64,000 nt of DNA, taken from the NCBI GenBank assembly GCA_943788985.1, contig CALSSJ010000036.1:64001-128000 (forward strand), written 5' to 3'. Position 1 is the first letter of the stretch. Each line of letters begins with the position of its first letter. This DNA comes from an uncultured Lentisphaerales bacterium (lineage in GTDB: Bacteria; Verrucomicrobiota; Lentisphaeria; JABSQK01; UBA12247). The notes under the pieces were generated by a model. The model saw nothing but the letters and a program-made list of their open reading frames with translations, was not told where the DNA came from and made no database searches. This document shows positions 44,682 to 56,653 of this stretch, in pieces. The translations under genes and the position numbers were made by a program.

Positions 44682-46613
44682 TTAGGCGCAGGATTCTGCC
44701 GCGGCCAGGACCGCTGCGAACGGGACGTCCTCCAGGCTTGCGAATCGCGGATCACGCGTCAGCGAAGGTCGCGATCGTGAAGTCGCGGGAGACGCGATGC
44801 CGCACAGAAACTTTGCCCGCTGCCTGGGGCTTTGGAGTGCTGCAGGTGCGTCTTGCGCAAGTTTGCGGATGACGGCCGTTTGCGGCTCTGTCAGGTCGGG
44901 ACGCTCCAGCGACGGACCTGCTTCTGGGCGTTCACCTTTGCACCAATCACAGTGCCCACAATCTTGCCCCAACTCCTCGCCGAAATAGCCCAGCAGGCGT
45001 CGCACGACGCAGCCATTTTCGAGGAGAATCTCCTCAAGTCTTCCGATCCGCTGGATGTCACGGGATTCTGACGCTTTGAATCGTGCAATAATTTCACTAG
45101 CAACAGCTTCCGGCTCAAACTGTGCCCCAGTGCGGCGATAGCCCTGGCGCACGCCACTGACCTGTGTCTGGATCATGCCCTGTTCTTCCATATAGTTCAC
45201 CGCGGCGAGAAGTCGCGAGCGCTGCTCGCCCATTGCCTGTGCCGCCTCGGTGACATCCAGGCTCAGCCACTTCCGGCCGGACCTTCCATGGCCTAGCATT
45301 GTCCGCAGAAACGTCTGTCTCGCAGCGTCAAACCGCCCCATCGCCTCACCTTCGGGGATCAGAAAGGCGATCTTGTACACACTGTAGAACGGCGCAGTAC
45401 CAGCCAGAACGCCCCCTAACTCCAAATAACACAGCAACGTATTCACCACCAGTGGGCGAATATCGTACCGCGTCGACAGGTCGTAGACAGAGACGTCAAA
45501 CGAATCCCCCAGCCCGTGAAGCTCCCTCACCAGACCAAGAACACTGCTCGGCTCCGGCGTATCTCCATAGGTAAAATTCTCTAGCACAATACGATCCTGA
45601 GAATGCAGCAGGGCCTCGCAGATCGCCGGCACTCCATCCCGCCCAGCACGACCGATTTCCTGCGCGTAGTTCTCCAGCGATTTCGGCATGTTGTAATGGT
45701 ATACGTAACGAATGTTGGACTTGTCGATTCCCATACCGAACGCGATCGTCGCGACCACAATGCTCTCGGCCCCTGCCATGAACTCATCCTGAATCTTCGA
45801 GCGTACCTCAGCGTCCAAGCCCGCATGATAGGCTGCTGCTGGAAGGCCTTTCTGCTGCAACCAGTCGGCTAACTGCTCCGCGGTTTTCTGTAGTGTCACG
45901 TAGACGATCGTCGCACCCGCTGCACGCTGTTGCAACCGCGCAAGCAGGGCATACCCTCGCTTCTTGAGAGGTGTCGGAGTCAGACGCAGTTCCAAGTTCG
46001 GCCGATAGTAGCCGATATTCACGTAGGCCTCGTCGCGAATGGAGAATAGCGCGCAAATGTCCGCGGCCACTTGTGGTGTCGCCGTCGCTGTAAGCGCCAG
46101 AACGCGCGGCACGGCCAATTGCTCCGCAACCCTTGCAAGTTTCAGATAGTCAGGTCGAAAGTTATGCCCCCACTCCGACATGCAGTGCGCCTCGTCGATC
46201 ACCATCATTGCGATCTTTACTCGCTCCAGCTGTGACCGAAAACGCTCGTTTGAAAGCCGCTCCGGAGCCACATATAACATCTTAAGCGAGCCCGAGCGAA
46301 TCTGATCCCAGACGGCGCGATACTCTTCGAGACTGAGCGAGGAGTCCAATCTCGCCGCGGGTATGTTGCGCCTGTGCAGAAAATCGATCTGGTCCTTCAT
46401 CAGCGCAATCAGCGGCGACACCACGAGCGTAAGCTCCGAAAAAATGCACGCTGGAAGTTGGTAGCACAGGCTCTTGCCACTCCCAGTAGGGAACACCGCC
46501 AGCGCGGAATGCCCAGCGAGTAGCTGCTCTGTAACCTCGAGCTGACCCTCCCGAAAATCCGGAAAACCGAACCAACGGTCCAGTGCTTCTCGCGGCGAAA
46601 TCTCAACTGACAT
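44682..46613 (-). CDS. recQ: RecQ family ATP-dependent DNA helicase
   Basis: PTGSGKSLCYQ, DEAHC, WGHNFRPDY, ATIAFGMGIDK, QEIGRAGRDG, CGHCDWC; no HRDC domain. Confidence 0.93.
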   Translation of the reverse strand: MSVEISPREALDRWFGFPDFREGQLEVTEQLLAGHSALAVFPTGSGKSLCYQLPACIFSELTLVVSPLIALMKDQIDFLHRRNIPAARLDSSLSLEEYRAVWDQIRSGSLKMLYVAPERLSNERFRSQLERVKIAMMVIDEAHCMSEWGHNFRPDYLKLARVAEQLAVPRVLALTATATPQVAADICALFSIRDEAYVNIGYYRPNLELRLTPTPLKKRGYALLARLQQRAAGATIVYVTLQKTAEQLADWLQQKGLPAAAYHAGLDAEVRSKIQDEFMAGAESIVVATIAFGMGIDKSNIRYVYHYNMPKSLENYAQEIGRAGRDGVPAICEALLHSQDRIVLENFTYGDTPEPSSVLGLVRELHGLGDSFDVSVYDLSTRYDIRPLVVNTLLCYLELGGVLAGTAPFYSVYKIAFLIPEGEAMGRFDAARQTFLRTMLGHGRSGRKWLSLDVTEAAQAMGEQRSRLLAAVNYMEEQGMIQTQVSGVRQGYRRTGAQFEPEAVASEIIARFKASESRDIQRIGRLEEILLENGCVVRRLLGYFGEELGQDCGHCDWCKGERPEAGPSLERPDLTEPQTAVIRKLAQDAPAALQSPRQRAKFLCGIASPATSRSRPSLTRDPRFASLEDVPFAAVLAAAESCA

Positions 46614-46797
46614 GAAAGGCCTCCCCTGAAATACTTATATTTGTTAGTATGAAGATAAGGACGAAATCACTCTCCGCAACTGCGCTACAAAAAAAAAGGG
46701 GCTCAAACTCTAACTGGGCTGCCAATTCTACGTTCCTTACTTGTCTCGTAGCATCGCTTGTTTAGGGTACGGGCACGCGATACGCGGGGGGTATTTG

Positions 46798-49275
46798 GTG
46801 GCAACTACAGAAGCAACTCAAAAACAACGAAAACCCAGTCAGACGGTCCATGAGGTCGTATCTGCCCTGACTCTGCGTGCAATATTGACGCGCTTGGTTC
46901 TGTTGGCGATCGGCCTTCTTCTGCTCCTCGCTCTGATTTCTCATAATCCAGATGACACCTTCGTCCTAGAAGGTGGCCTGCGCGAATTCGCCACCGTCAC
47001 GAATTGGATTGGTCTGCTTGGGGCACGGCTTTCCGGTACACTGCTGCAATGGCTTGGGTTTGCCTCATTTGTCGCCGCGGTCACCCTCCAGCTCTGCGCT
47101 TGCTCCCGCTTTGTCGGCCCGGCACTGACCGGCGGACCCGCGTTGCTATACCTCCTCGCAACGGGCTTGATCACTGTAGGTGCGGCCATGCTGCTAGGTA
47201 TTTTTCCCGAATTCGGGGGCGCCCTCGCCGACAGATTCAATGTCGCTGGTATCCCTGGCGGCGTCTTGGGACAAAAACTGACAGCCCCGGGACCTATGGA
47301 ATTGGGAGGCGGCTGGTTGGCCCTAGTGATGAACACCGCTGGCTGTGGCATTGTCTCAAGCCTGATGATCTTGATCGGTACCATCACACTCTATTGGTTC
47401 GACTGGCATGGTCATTTCTTGCGCCGGTTCTTCCCCGAACGCAAGGCCAAGGCCACCACGCCCGAGAAAGAGAACGATACAGAGCCGCAGACTGAGACGG
47501 AAGCTGGAGAACCAATTTCGGCGAAGCAGAAACAGAAACAGAAGCGCGAGGAGTGGCGCGCCGCTGAAGAACGCAAGCTTAAAGAAAAGCAAGAAAAGGC
47601 CGAAGCCGAGGCGAAAAAGGCCAGTCAGGTGGCCCCAACAGTCGAGCCAGTTGAACCAGCTCCAGTGAAGAAGCCAGCGAAGGCCCCCCCTGCGGTGCCT
47701 GCGCCCGCTGCTACACCAGCCAAGCCCCTCGTTCCCTTCAAACTGCCTGGAAATGATCTTCTCTCTCGCATCCGCAACGCAGCAAGCATGACCCCTAAGG
47801 AGGTCAACGAGAAGAAACGTATCCTGCAGGACACCCTCGAGAGCTTCGGCATTGATGCGCTGGTCGGCGACTCCACCTGCGGGCCACGCGTCACGCTCTA
47901 CGAGATTAAGCCAGCTCCCGGCATTCGCGTGGAAAAAATCAGTAGTCTAGCCAACAACTTCGCGATGAATCTCCGCGCCGAAAGCCTGCGTATTCTGACC
48001 CCGATTCCCGGGCGGGATTCAGTCGGCATTGAAGTCCCCAACAACGTCTTCGGTCCGGTTTCGTTTCGCGACCTCCTCAACTCCCCGACTTGGACCGGGA
48101 CAAAGGCTGCTATCCCCGTGTCCCTGGGCAAGAACATTGCCGGGCAACCCGTCATCTTGGATCTCGCAGATGCTCCCCATTTGTTGATCGCTGGCGCGAC
48201 CGGTAGCGGAAAATCCGTGTGTATGAACGCCCTCATCCTCAGCCTGCTGTTCCGCTTCAAGCCCGATGAACTGAAGCTCGTGATGGTTGACCCGAAAGTA
48301 GTCGAACTCAGCGTTTACAATCCGCTACCGCATCTCGTAGCACCCGTGGTCAGCGAAGTCAAGAAAGTTCCGCTGGCCCTGCGCTGGGCAGTCGCGCAGA
48401 TGGAGTGGCGCTACAAAGTGCTGGCCAAGGTCGGCGTCAGAAACCTTGAGGGCTTCAACAACCGCAAGCCAGCGGCAGAAGTCGTGCTTGATGAAGACGG
48501 GCAGCCCATTCCCGCGCGCCTGCCGTTCCTAGTTATTATCATTGACGAGTTGGCAGACATCATGATGACCGCCAAGGCGGACGTCGAGACCTCCCTCGCT
48601 CGCATCGCCCAGCTTGGACGTGCCGCTGGCATCCATGCAGTTGTCGCGACCCAGCGCCCAAGCGTGAACGTTATCACGGGAATCATTAAGGCAAACTTTC
48701 CGACCCGTATTGCTTTTCAGGTATCCTCTGTCGTCGACTCGCGCACCATCATCGATGGCAAGGGTGCAGAGGCCCTGCTCGGCAAGGGCGACATGCTGTT
48801 TAAATCCCGCTCAGGCCGCATGGATCGCGTCCAGGGCGCGATGGTCAGCGATGAAGAGATTGAGAAAGTGATCGACTGCGTGATTACCCAAGCCCCGCAG
48901 GCTTTCAGCGAAGACATCTTCTCGCCCAATGCCATGAAAATGGATGATGCGGCTGTTGCAGCACTGGATCCCGATGGTGCCGCTGCAGCCCCGCAGGAAA
49001 AAGGGTTCGTAGACGTCGGCATCGAGACCATGGAACCCGATGGCGACGATGCTCTGATGATGCGCTCGATCCAAGTGATCGTCAAAGATCGGCGCGCCAC
49101 CACGAGCTACCTGCAACGCAGTCTGCGTATTGGCTATAACCGCGCCGCCACCATGATTGAAGAACTCGAAAATCGCGGCATTATTGGCCCTCAGATCGGC
49201 ACTGCGCCGCGGCGCATTCTGGTTGAAAGTATGGAAGAAGCAATCGCCAAGTGCAAACAGGGCGGCGGTGAGTAG
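46798..49275 (+). CDS. ftsK: DNA translocase FtsK
   Basis: N-terminal TMs, HLLIAGATGSGKS, IIDELAD, ATQRPS, gamma domain LQRSLRIGYNRAA; start uncertain. Confidence 0.97.
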   Translation: MATTEATQKQRKPSQTVHEVVSALTLRAILTRLVLLAIGLLLLLALISHNPDDTFVLEGGLREFATVTNWIGLLGARLSGTLLQWLGFASFVAAVTLQLCACSRFVGPALTGGPALLYLLATGLITVGAAMLLGIFPEFGGALADRFNVAGIPGGVLGQKLTAPGPMELGGGWLALVMNTAGCGIVSSLMILIGTITLYWFDWHGHFLRRFFPERKAKATTPEKENDTEPQTETEAGEPISAKQKQKQKREEWRAAEERKLKEKQEKAEAEAKKASQVAPTVEPVEPAPVKKPAKAPPAVPAPAATPAKPLVPFKLPGNDLLSRIRNAASMTPKEVNEKKRILQDTLESFGIDALVGDSTCGPRVTLYEIKPAPGIRVEKISSLANNFAMNLRAESLRILTPIPGRDSVGIEVPNNVFGPVSFRDLLNSPTWTGTKAAIPVSLGKNIAGQPVILDLADAPHLLIAGATGSGKSVCMNALILSLLFRFKPDELKLVMVDPKVVELSVYNPLPHLVAPVVSEVKKVPLALRWAVAQMEWRYKVLAKVGVRNLEGFNNRKPAAEVVLDEDGQPIPARLPFLVIIIDELADIMMTAKADVETSLARIAQLGRAAGIHAVVATQRPSVNVITGIIKANFPTRIAFQVSSVVDSRTIIDGKGAEALLGKGDMLFKSRSGRMDRVQGAMVSDEEIEKVIDCVITQAPQAFSEDIFSPNAMKMDDAAVAALDPDGAAAAPQEKGFVDVGIETMEPDGDDALMMRSIQVIVKDRRATTSYLQRSLRIGYNRAATMIEELENRGIIGPQIGTAPRRILVESMEEAIAKCKQGGGE

Positions 49276-49276
49276 A

Positions 49277-50671
49277 ATGTCGTCGGACACCAAGCAGCAC
49301 ACACGGCAGTTGGAGCTCAATCTTTGGGCGGATTTGATAGAACCAGTCGCGGCCCCCAAGCCAAGAGCCGCTACCGTGCGCGGAAAGGCTTCCAGCATCA
49401 CACAGACATCACTGCCCTCACCTGCTGAATCGGCTCCGGCCGCGCAACTAGAGCTGTTGGCCGCTGCGCCTCCAGAGCCGGAATCTCAACAACAGGCTGA
49501 ACAGGACAACATGCCAGACCCACTCGATACCATCACTGACGACGAAGCATCCGCCCCCTTGCCGGATGAGGACATTGAACAGTCAGTTCAAGACGAGAAC
49601 GGTCTTCCTGTGGATGATGAGCCACCCGCCTCGCCCGAAGAGCTGGACCAAGCCAAGACAATCCCCGACGTCAGCGAGCCTGCAGCTCAGGAACCACCTG
49701 CCACCGAGGACACCTCCGACGGTAACGAAACAATGCTTGACCGGCCACTGGATACCGACCTGCAGAACGATGAAACCGAAGAAATTACGGCAGACGACAC
49801 CGTTGAGGACGATGCGAACTCCGCAACTCCGGAACCCGTACCCGAAGAGAAGCCATTCAAGCTCAAACTGGCGGGCGAGAGTGAGACCACGGACTCGCCC
49901 CCCCCGAGAGCCGACACGCCCACCGTTGCAGCCCAGCCAGACGCCCCTCTCGAGGACGACCATGGCGGGAGTATTACCGCGGACGTCGTCTTTCCTGGAG
50001 TTCCCCTTAAGCCACCCGGCAAGGAAGACCATCGCTGGGTAGACACCCACGAACTGCACATCCCGGCGCTGGAAGACCAAATTGCATCGCGCGCTTTGGC
50101 AGGTGAATGGGCTGAGCTGCTCGCAGACGGCGTGTCTGCCGGCTCCTTGCTCACGCACGCGAGACGCAGCGGCAAGCGTACCTTGCCACAGGTCTCCTCC
50201 AAAACCCACATCAAGGCTGACTTCATCCGCCGCTTGGAGCTTGATGACTATAATTCCCTGCCAAAAGACGCGTTCTACGCGAAAGGCTGGATCAAGAAAC
50301 TCTGCGCCCTCTACCAGATCCCGGATGAGCCGTTCTGTACGTTAATCTCCGACTGGTATGCCCAGCGCGAACAACGCGAGTTTCCCGAAGCACTCATTCC
50401 CGAAGAGAAGACCCTCACGCGCCGGCCGATCGAAGAGGAGCAAGACAGCGCCGAAGCCCGGCGCCCTGGCGGAGTACGCCTGCTGGCGATCGCAATTGCG
50501 GTGATCGCAATTCTCGCAGCAATCGGCACAGTCATATCAGTCACACGCGAGAACCCATCGCCCAGCGACTCACCGGTAGTCGCAGCCACGCAGCCTGTCG
50601 CCCTGCCGCAGATCATAAGCGAGCAGAATGTACTGGATCTGCTGCCCCCCCGAAACACTACCGCTTACTGA
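49277..50671 (+). CDS. RodZ-like HTH membrane protein with long acidic N-terminal extension
   Basis: GSLLTHAR...LPQVSSKTHIKADFIRRLELDDYNSLP...YAKGWIK, then TM; follows ftsK. Confidence 0.7.
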   Translation: MSSDTKQHTRQLELNLWADLIEPVAAPKPRAATVRGKASSITQTSLPSPAESAPAAQLELLAAAPPEPESQQQAEQDNMPDPLDTITDDEASAPLPDEDIEQSVQDENGLPVDDEPPASPEELDQAKTIPDVSEPAAQEPPATEDTSDGNETMLDRPLDTDLQNDETEEITADDTVEDDANSATPEPVPEEKPFKLKLAGESETTDSPPPRADTPTVAAQPDAPLEDDHGGSITADVVFPGVPLKPPGKEDHRWVDTHELHIPALEDQIASRALAGEWAELLADGVSAGSLLTHARRSGKRTLPQVSSKTHIKADFIRRLELDDYNSLPKDAFYAKGWIKKLCALYQIPDEPFCTLISDWYAQREQREFPEALIPEEKTLTRRPIEEEQDSAEARRPGGVRLLAIAIAVIAILAAIGTVISVTRENPSPSDSPVVAATQPVALPQIISEQNVLDLLPPRNTTAY

Positions 50672-50734
50672 GCTCCCCGTCCCGGGAGAGTAGGCTCGGC
50701 CGAGGCAGCCTGTGCTTACAGGCTGAAACTGTTT

Positions 50735-52023
50735 ATGTCTGATCGCGTTTCATTCTTCACCTTTGGCTGCCGTCTCAATCAGGCAGAAACCGCCACGCTC
50801 GGCGCCTCATTTCGCCAAGAAGGCTTCTCCGTTGTCCCCTACGGAGAGCCGTGCGATATCGTCGTCGTCAACACCTGTACCATTACCGAAAACGGTGACG
50901 CGGACACCCGCAAACTCGTGAACCGAGTCGCCCGCAAACAGCCGCAGGCCAATATCGCCCTGATTGGTTGCCAAGCCCAGATGCAAGCCAAAGCTCTGGC
51001 CGGGTTCAAGTCCGTCGCCTGGGTCGTAGGCAATGCTAGAAAGATGGAACTTCCAACCATCATTCGCAAGCAACCCGCCTCCGACGAAGTCGTTGTTCTT
51101 CGTGAGCCCCCATCTCGCAAGCCATTCACCCAGCCCGTCATCGGGCGGGAAGATCACCGCACCCGGGCCAACCTGAAGGTCCAGGATGGCTGCGATTTCT
51201 TTTGCAGCTTCTGTGTCGTCCCATTTGCCCGCGGACGTGCCCGGGGCCGAGAGTTCGATGATATTCTCCACGAAGGAAAAGCACTGGTTGACGCAGGATT
51301 CCGCGAGATCGTCATCACCGGCGTAAATGTCGGCACCTACCAACTCGAGACGTACGGCTTCGCCGACGTGGTCGATGCGCTCTCCGCAATTCCCGGTTTG
51401 GACCGGCTGCGAATCTCATCGATTGAGCCTACCACCATTGCTCCGGATATCCTTCACCTGATTCAGACACGGCCCAACATCTGCCGCTACCTGCATGTGC
51501 CCATCCAGAGCGGAAATGACACCGTCCTCACTCGCATGGCACGCAAGTACACCACAGCGGACTTTCTAGACTTTATGTCCCAAGCGCACCGGGAAATTCC
51601 CGACCTCTGTTTCGGGACCGATGTCATCGTCGGTTTTTCCTGGCGAGAGCGAACAGGAGTTCGACGAGACTGCCGACCTTATTCGCGACAACGAGTTCGC
51701 CTATCTGCACGTATTCAGCTACTCCAACCGAAAGCACGCGAAAAGTGCGGAGTTCGCAGAACAGGTCCCCACAGGCGAGATTAAACGCCGCAGCAAGATC
51801 CTGCGCGACCTCAGCGATCGCAAGCGCTCCATTTACATGCATCGCTACCTTGGCCAAGAAGCCGAAGTGCTCTTTGAGCAACAAAAAGACGGACGCTGGG
51901 TCGGGCCTCACCGACACATTTATTCGTGTCTATGCGGAGTCCGCACACGACCTCGAGAACAAGCTCGTTCCCGTTCGCCTCGACACCGTCGAGCCCCGCG
52001 CGCTATTCGCGACCGTTCTTTGA
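50735..52023 (+). CDS. mtaB: tRNA methylthiotransferase MtaB; two homopolymer indels (~51637, ~51904)
   Basis: TFGCRLNQAE, NTCTIT, KVQDGCDFFCSFC, RLRISSIEP, DVIVGF(P)GE, LHVFSYS. Confidence 0.9.
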
Positions 52024-52448
52024 ACAGAGCCCAAACGGATCCGTAAAGAGATACTTGGGGCTATCGAAACAACTCGCTACTAGGTTGGATGACGAGGGCC
52101 TATGCACATACGTTCCATTCATTCCGCACGCCTAGATCGAGTCAGGAGCACCCTCGTTGAGCCGCATCTGGTACACACCACACCCGCTTCGAATCGGTCT
52201 ACGGAATCAGTGACGAGCAAGCTTGGAGCCGACTTGGAGGTGTATGAGTTGCCCCGGAGACTCGTCTGCGGTCTCCTCGTGCGCTTTCACCAACGCGGGC
52301 CCCAAGCCCCCCAAGCACTGCCTCAACCTGCGCATCACTCAGCGGCCGCAAAGAGAGTTCACTGGTAGTGTGCGCTGGCAAACGTAGCCACATGCCTTGC
52401 CGAAGTGGAAGTGCCAGCCACGACTGAGCAGTCTGCAAAGAGCATCAG

Positions 52449-52706
52449 TCAGTCTGAGTCTTGCAGCCGCTTCTTTATCCGCTCTTTCGCGCCCTCGGGA
52501 AGGCAATCTGGCTGTTGGCAGCAGCCTTCTTTTTCCCGCTCCGCCAGAATCCGCGCGCAGTCCTGCATAACCATCACGCCCTTGTGATAGCGCGAACAGA
52601 TGCAGCAGAGCGAAACATGAAGCTTCAGGCCTAGGCGCTGCCACCTCGGCAAGTCCTCGTAGTTCGTTTCAGCCAGAGCCTCTGCAACTCGTTTACAGGT
52701 CCACAT
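52449..52706 (-). CDS. zf-HC2-like putative anti-sigma factor
   Basis: MWTCK...LHVSLCCICSRY (HxxxCxxC); follows ECF sigma gene. Confidence 0.75.
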   Translation of the reverse strand: MWTCKRVAEALAETNYEDLPRWQRLGLKLHVSLCCICSRYHKGVMVMQDCARILAEREKEGCCQQPDCLPEGAKERIKKRLQDSD

Positions 52707-53162
52707 TTAGCGTCTCAGGTCTCCTAAGTTGCGTCTGATGCATTAATCGAATTTTCTGCGAGATCGATGCGATGTCGACCGACGATCCTTCGAGGATAAC
52801 CCAAAAACCTTACACGTTTCTTGCGAAGAAACTCCTTCAAGCTCCGTCAGCACAAGGGCCTGGCGCAGCTGCTCTGGAAATTTCGTGGTGCATTTCTCCA
52901 GAATTTTCCAGAATTCGACGTCTTCAAACGACTGCCGTGGATCGAACTTCCAAGGCAGCGGTGTCCAGGTCGGAATCCCAGAGCGTTTCACGAGAAAGGT
53001 ATCAGGTTTTTCGTACCCTCCCGTTTCTTCGGGCGGGGTCTCCCGAGCACTCTTCCGAAAATAGTCGCTGATCTTGTTGCGGACGCGATGTAGTGCGTAA
53101 CGACACAGGTAGTCGCTATGCTCATCGCCCCATCGTTCGGGGTCAGAACTCTGCTGTTCCAT
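52707..53162 (-). pseudogene. ECF sigma-70 factor pseudogene
   Basis: DPERWGDEHSDYL..YA..RVR joined directly to NKISDYFRK (region 2 core missing); EFWKILEKC..LTELEG; premature TAA at 52743. Confidence 0.85.
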
Positions 53163-53178
53163 ATAGTTTGGGCGCGAA

Positions 53179-54140
53179 TCACAATCGATTGAGCAGCATT
53201 AACTCGTGCGGATGAGGGAAAAGATAGATCTGATCCTTAAGGTAGCTGACGTCAAACTTTCGGACGTAGTGGCGAATCAGGGTGATCGGCAGGATCAGAG
53301 GCAAACAGACCGAGCCGATAATCTTCGAGTACCTGTGTCAGTTCTGCCGTCTCTCGCGCATTCAAGTTCTTGGTGAAATAGCCGATCATGTGCTGCAGCG
53401 CATTGGCGTGGTTGCGAGTGGTAGGTGTTCGTTTCATGATACGGGTGAATGCGACCAGATAGGCAGACGCCAACGCATCGTCGTTGGGAAAAGCATCTGG
53501 ACGTGCCAGGAGGCCTCCTGCGGCACGAAGACCAGTTTGGTTGTGGGCCATAAGCTGGTACTTATGGATCGCATGAAAGGTCGTTAGCGCAGCTCGTGTG
53601 ATGCCGCCTGCCACCAATTCCCGCCAGCGCCGGTAGGCGAATAGCCGAGAGACGAAATTCTCTCGCAGCATCGGGTCGTTGAGTCTGCCCTCTTCTTCGA
53701 TAGGAAGGTGCGGCAGCTGTTTCATCAGAACTGCTGCGAAGTGACCGACGCCCTTGGGAGCAAAGGAGCCCGAACTCCCATCAGGTGGGAAGATCTTGAC
53801 GCGTTGCATGCCGCAACTGGGCGAGCGGCTCTTGAGTACGTAGCCGTGAAGATTCAGCGTTGCGAGTCGCTCGACGCGCTGCTCGGCATAGACAGCCATT
53901 TGTGCACTGTAGTCGTCTCCAGTTTTGGGCATGATCAGACGCGTCCCATCCTCTGCGTTCTCAAGTCGTAAAGTGGGGGCGTGGTACCCCAAGTCCCATT
54001 TCCAACTCGGGGCAAACTGACACCCACTCGGCATACGTCTCGAAGTCACCAGTGAGGAAGCGATCACGCTTGTGTCCCCCGTCAAAGCGGACTTTCTGTC
54101 CGAGCAGGCATGCTGAAATACCGATGCGAAGTTTGGCCAC
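53179..54140 (-). CDS. YbgA-family DUF523/DUF1722 protein; about three indels
   Basis: RIGISACLLGQKVRFDGGHK, CPE, KSRSPSCG, EEEGRLNDP.LRENF, HKYQLMAH, PHPHEL. Confidence 0.85.
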
Positions 54141-54274
54141 GATTTACGCTTCCGATGAGCTTCCGGCCTCTTGGCCCGGAAGGTGGTTGTAAGGATACAG
54201 GCTCTTGTCCGACCAGTGTCAATAAATGCTTGCTGGAGAATCTTATTCTGAACGTTATTGCCAAGTCCCCCTCT

Positions 54275-55724
54275 GTGCCAATCCTTCTGACAGGCGGCAC
54301 CGGCTACATCGGCGGGCGGCTACTCGCCAACTTGCTGTCTGCTGGCCACCGTGTGCGCTGTCTCTGTCGTGACCCATCTGTTCTACGCCAAGGGGAGGAC
54401 ACCAACTGCGAAAGTGATCGCGGGGAGATGTCCTGGCCCCCGACACATTATCGGCTGCCCTAGCGAACGTTGAGACGGCCTATTATCTCATACATTCCAT
54501 GGGGGATCGCGGTAAGTTCGAGGAGCTAGAGGCTCGAGCCGCTAGCAACTTTGCTCATGCAGCGCGGGCCGCTGGCGTCAAGCGAATCATCTACCTCGGT
54601 GGCTTGTGCAGAGACGAGGACAGCCTCTCGGCTCACATGCGGAGCCGTGCCGCCGTAGGTGCACTGCTGCGTGAATCTAACGCAATTGTCGTCGAGTTGC
54701 GCGCCTCCATCGTGATTGGCTCCGGGAGTCTGTCCTACCAGTTGATTGCCAGCCTCGTTCGTCGGTTGCCTGTCATGATCACGCCACGTTGGGTGCGAGT
54801 CGCCGCCCAGCCGATTGCGATCGAAGATTTGGTCGAGATTCTCCAACGCTGTGCCCACCGGGCGTTCGACGATTCCGAGATCATTGAGATCGGTGGTCCA
54901 GACGTCGTACGCTACGAAGATCTACTCCAAACGTACTCGCGCTTGACCGGCCGCAAGCGGTTGCTCATCCCCGTCCCGCTGCTCACGCCCTGGCTATCGA
55001 GTCTGTGGCTGGGGCTTGTCACGCCGTTGTACGCCCGAGTCGGGCGGAAGCTGATCGACAGTATGCGCCATCCCTCAGTGGCAACGGCGAATCGGGCGCC
55101 CGAGTTGCTTGGGCGTCCCCTCATGACACTCGAGCAAGCCGTGCTACGGGCGCTGGATAACGAGGGGCACCTCGCGCCGCAGACCCGCTGGCTGGACTCG
55201 CATACAGCTGGGGGGAACTTCCTTACCCGAGTCCGACGAGAAGTGGCGCATACCTCTGAGCGACGATCGCTCCATCGAACTCGATATCAGGCCAGAAGAT
55301 GCTTTCGCGCCAATTCAGCGGATCGGCGGTGAGGACCGGCTGGTACTACGGCAACTGGCTCTGGACGCTGCGCGGCTGGATGGACCTACTTGTCGGCGGC
55401 GTCGGAATGCGCCGCGGCAGAGCTCATCCTGACATGTTGGCCGTAGGAGACGTCCTCGACTTCTGGCGAGTCGAAAGCTACAGCCCCAACAGCTACCTAC
55501 GGCTGAGAGCCGAAATGAAAGTACCGGGAATAGCCTGGCTGGAATTCCACGTAACCGAAACGGAGAGCGGGAGCCGAATCCGGCAGAAGGCCACTTTTCA
55601 CGCCGATCCACTCGCCGGTCGCTTGTATTGGTATGCGGTAGCGCCGCTGCACCAGTTCGTTTTTGGCGGCATGCTTCGCAATGTTGCCCGTGCAGGCCAG
55701 AGGCAGGCCAGACGTATAGCATGA
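54275..55724 (+). CDS. YbjT-like NAD(P)-binding protein with DUF2867 domain; frameshifted
   Basis: LTGGTGYIGGRL, YYLIHSM, IIYLGGL, IGSGSLS, GGVGMRRGR, LDFWRVE, RAEMKVPG. Confidence 0.85.
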
Positions 55725-56652
55725 ACCAGAAACACTCTCCTGTCCCGTCTCGGGCTCTGTTGCGTCTTCGAGGACCAACCCATTCAATTTCGCACAACGA
55801 CAGCAGCCTATCTGAGCCGACTGGGCGCTCGCGATGGCCGCGCCCATCGCGACAGGCTAGTCCGAAGAAAATTTCACCACGCTGGCGCGCGCAATCACCT
55901 GCTGTCACGAGCTGGGAATCGGTGCATTTCGGGGTCAATAGTCAGATTATTCCGCTGGCAACCCATCGCGATTGGCCGTTTGAACTGAACGTCCTGCGTG
56001 AGGGTGAACTGGGCGGGTTTGCTCGAAACGTGTCGACGTCTTGCACAGGAGTACGACATCCGGCTCTCAATGCACCCGGACCAGTTTGTCGTGCTATCTG
56101 CGCATCGGGAGTCAGTCGTCAACGCATCTCTCGCGGAATTGGAGTATCAGGCTGCGGTCTGCGAAGGAATCGGCGCGGACGTGCTCAATATCCACGGGGG
56201 CGGCGCATACGGAGACAAACTCGCAGCGCTGGCTCGGTTTGCAGACAATGTTGATCGCCTTTCCGATGCCGCGCGATCCCGTCTTACGGTCGAGAACGAT
56301 GATCGGACCTATACACCGGGCGACCTGCTGCCGTTGTCTCGGTTGACCGGAATTCCGCTTGTGTACGACGTTCATCATCATCGCTGCAACCCAGATGCGC
56401 TCAGTCTGGCGGCCGCTACCGAAGCCGCGCTGGACACCTGGAACCGAGAGCCTTTGCTGCATATTTCCAGTCCAGCTGATGGCTGGGATGGACCCAAGCC
56501 CAACCGCCATCACAGGTACATTGATCCGACCAGACTTCCCCGACGCGTGGCGTGCTCTTTCAAGTCCCGTGACAGTAGACGTCGAAGCCAGAGCGAAAGA
56601 GCTCGCCGTATTAAAGCTGCAACATCACCTGACCTCGCAAGGTACGAATTAA
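55721..56652 (+). CDS. uvsE: UV DNA damage endonuclease; several indels
   Basis: RLGLCC, RLSMHPDQF, NIHGGG, VENDD, YDVHHH, HISS, VEARAKE across fragments. Confidence 0.85.
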
Positions 56653-56653
56653 A

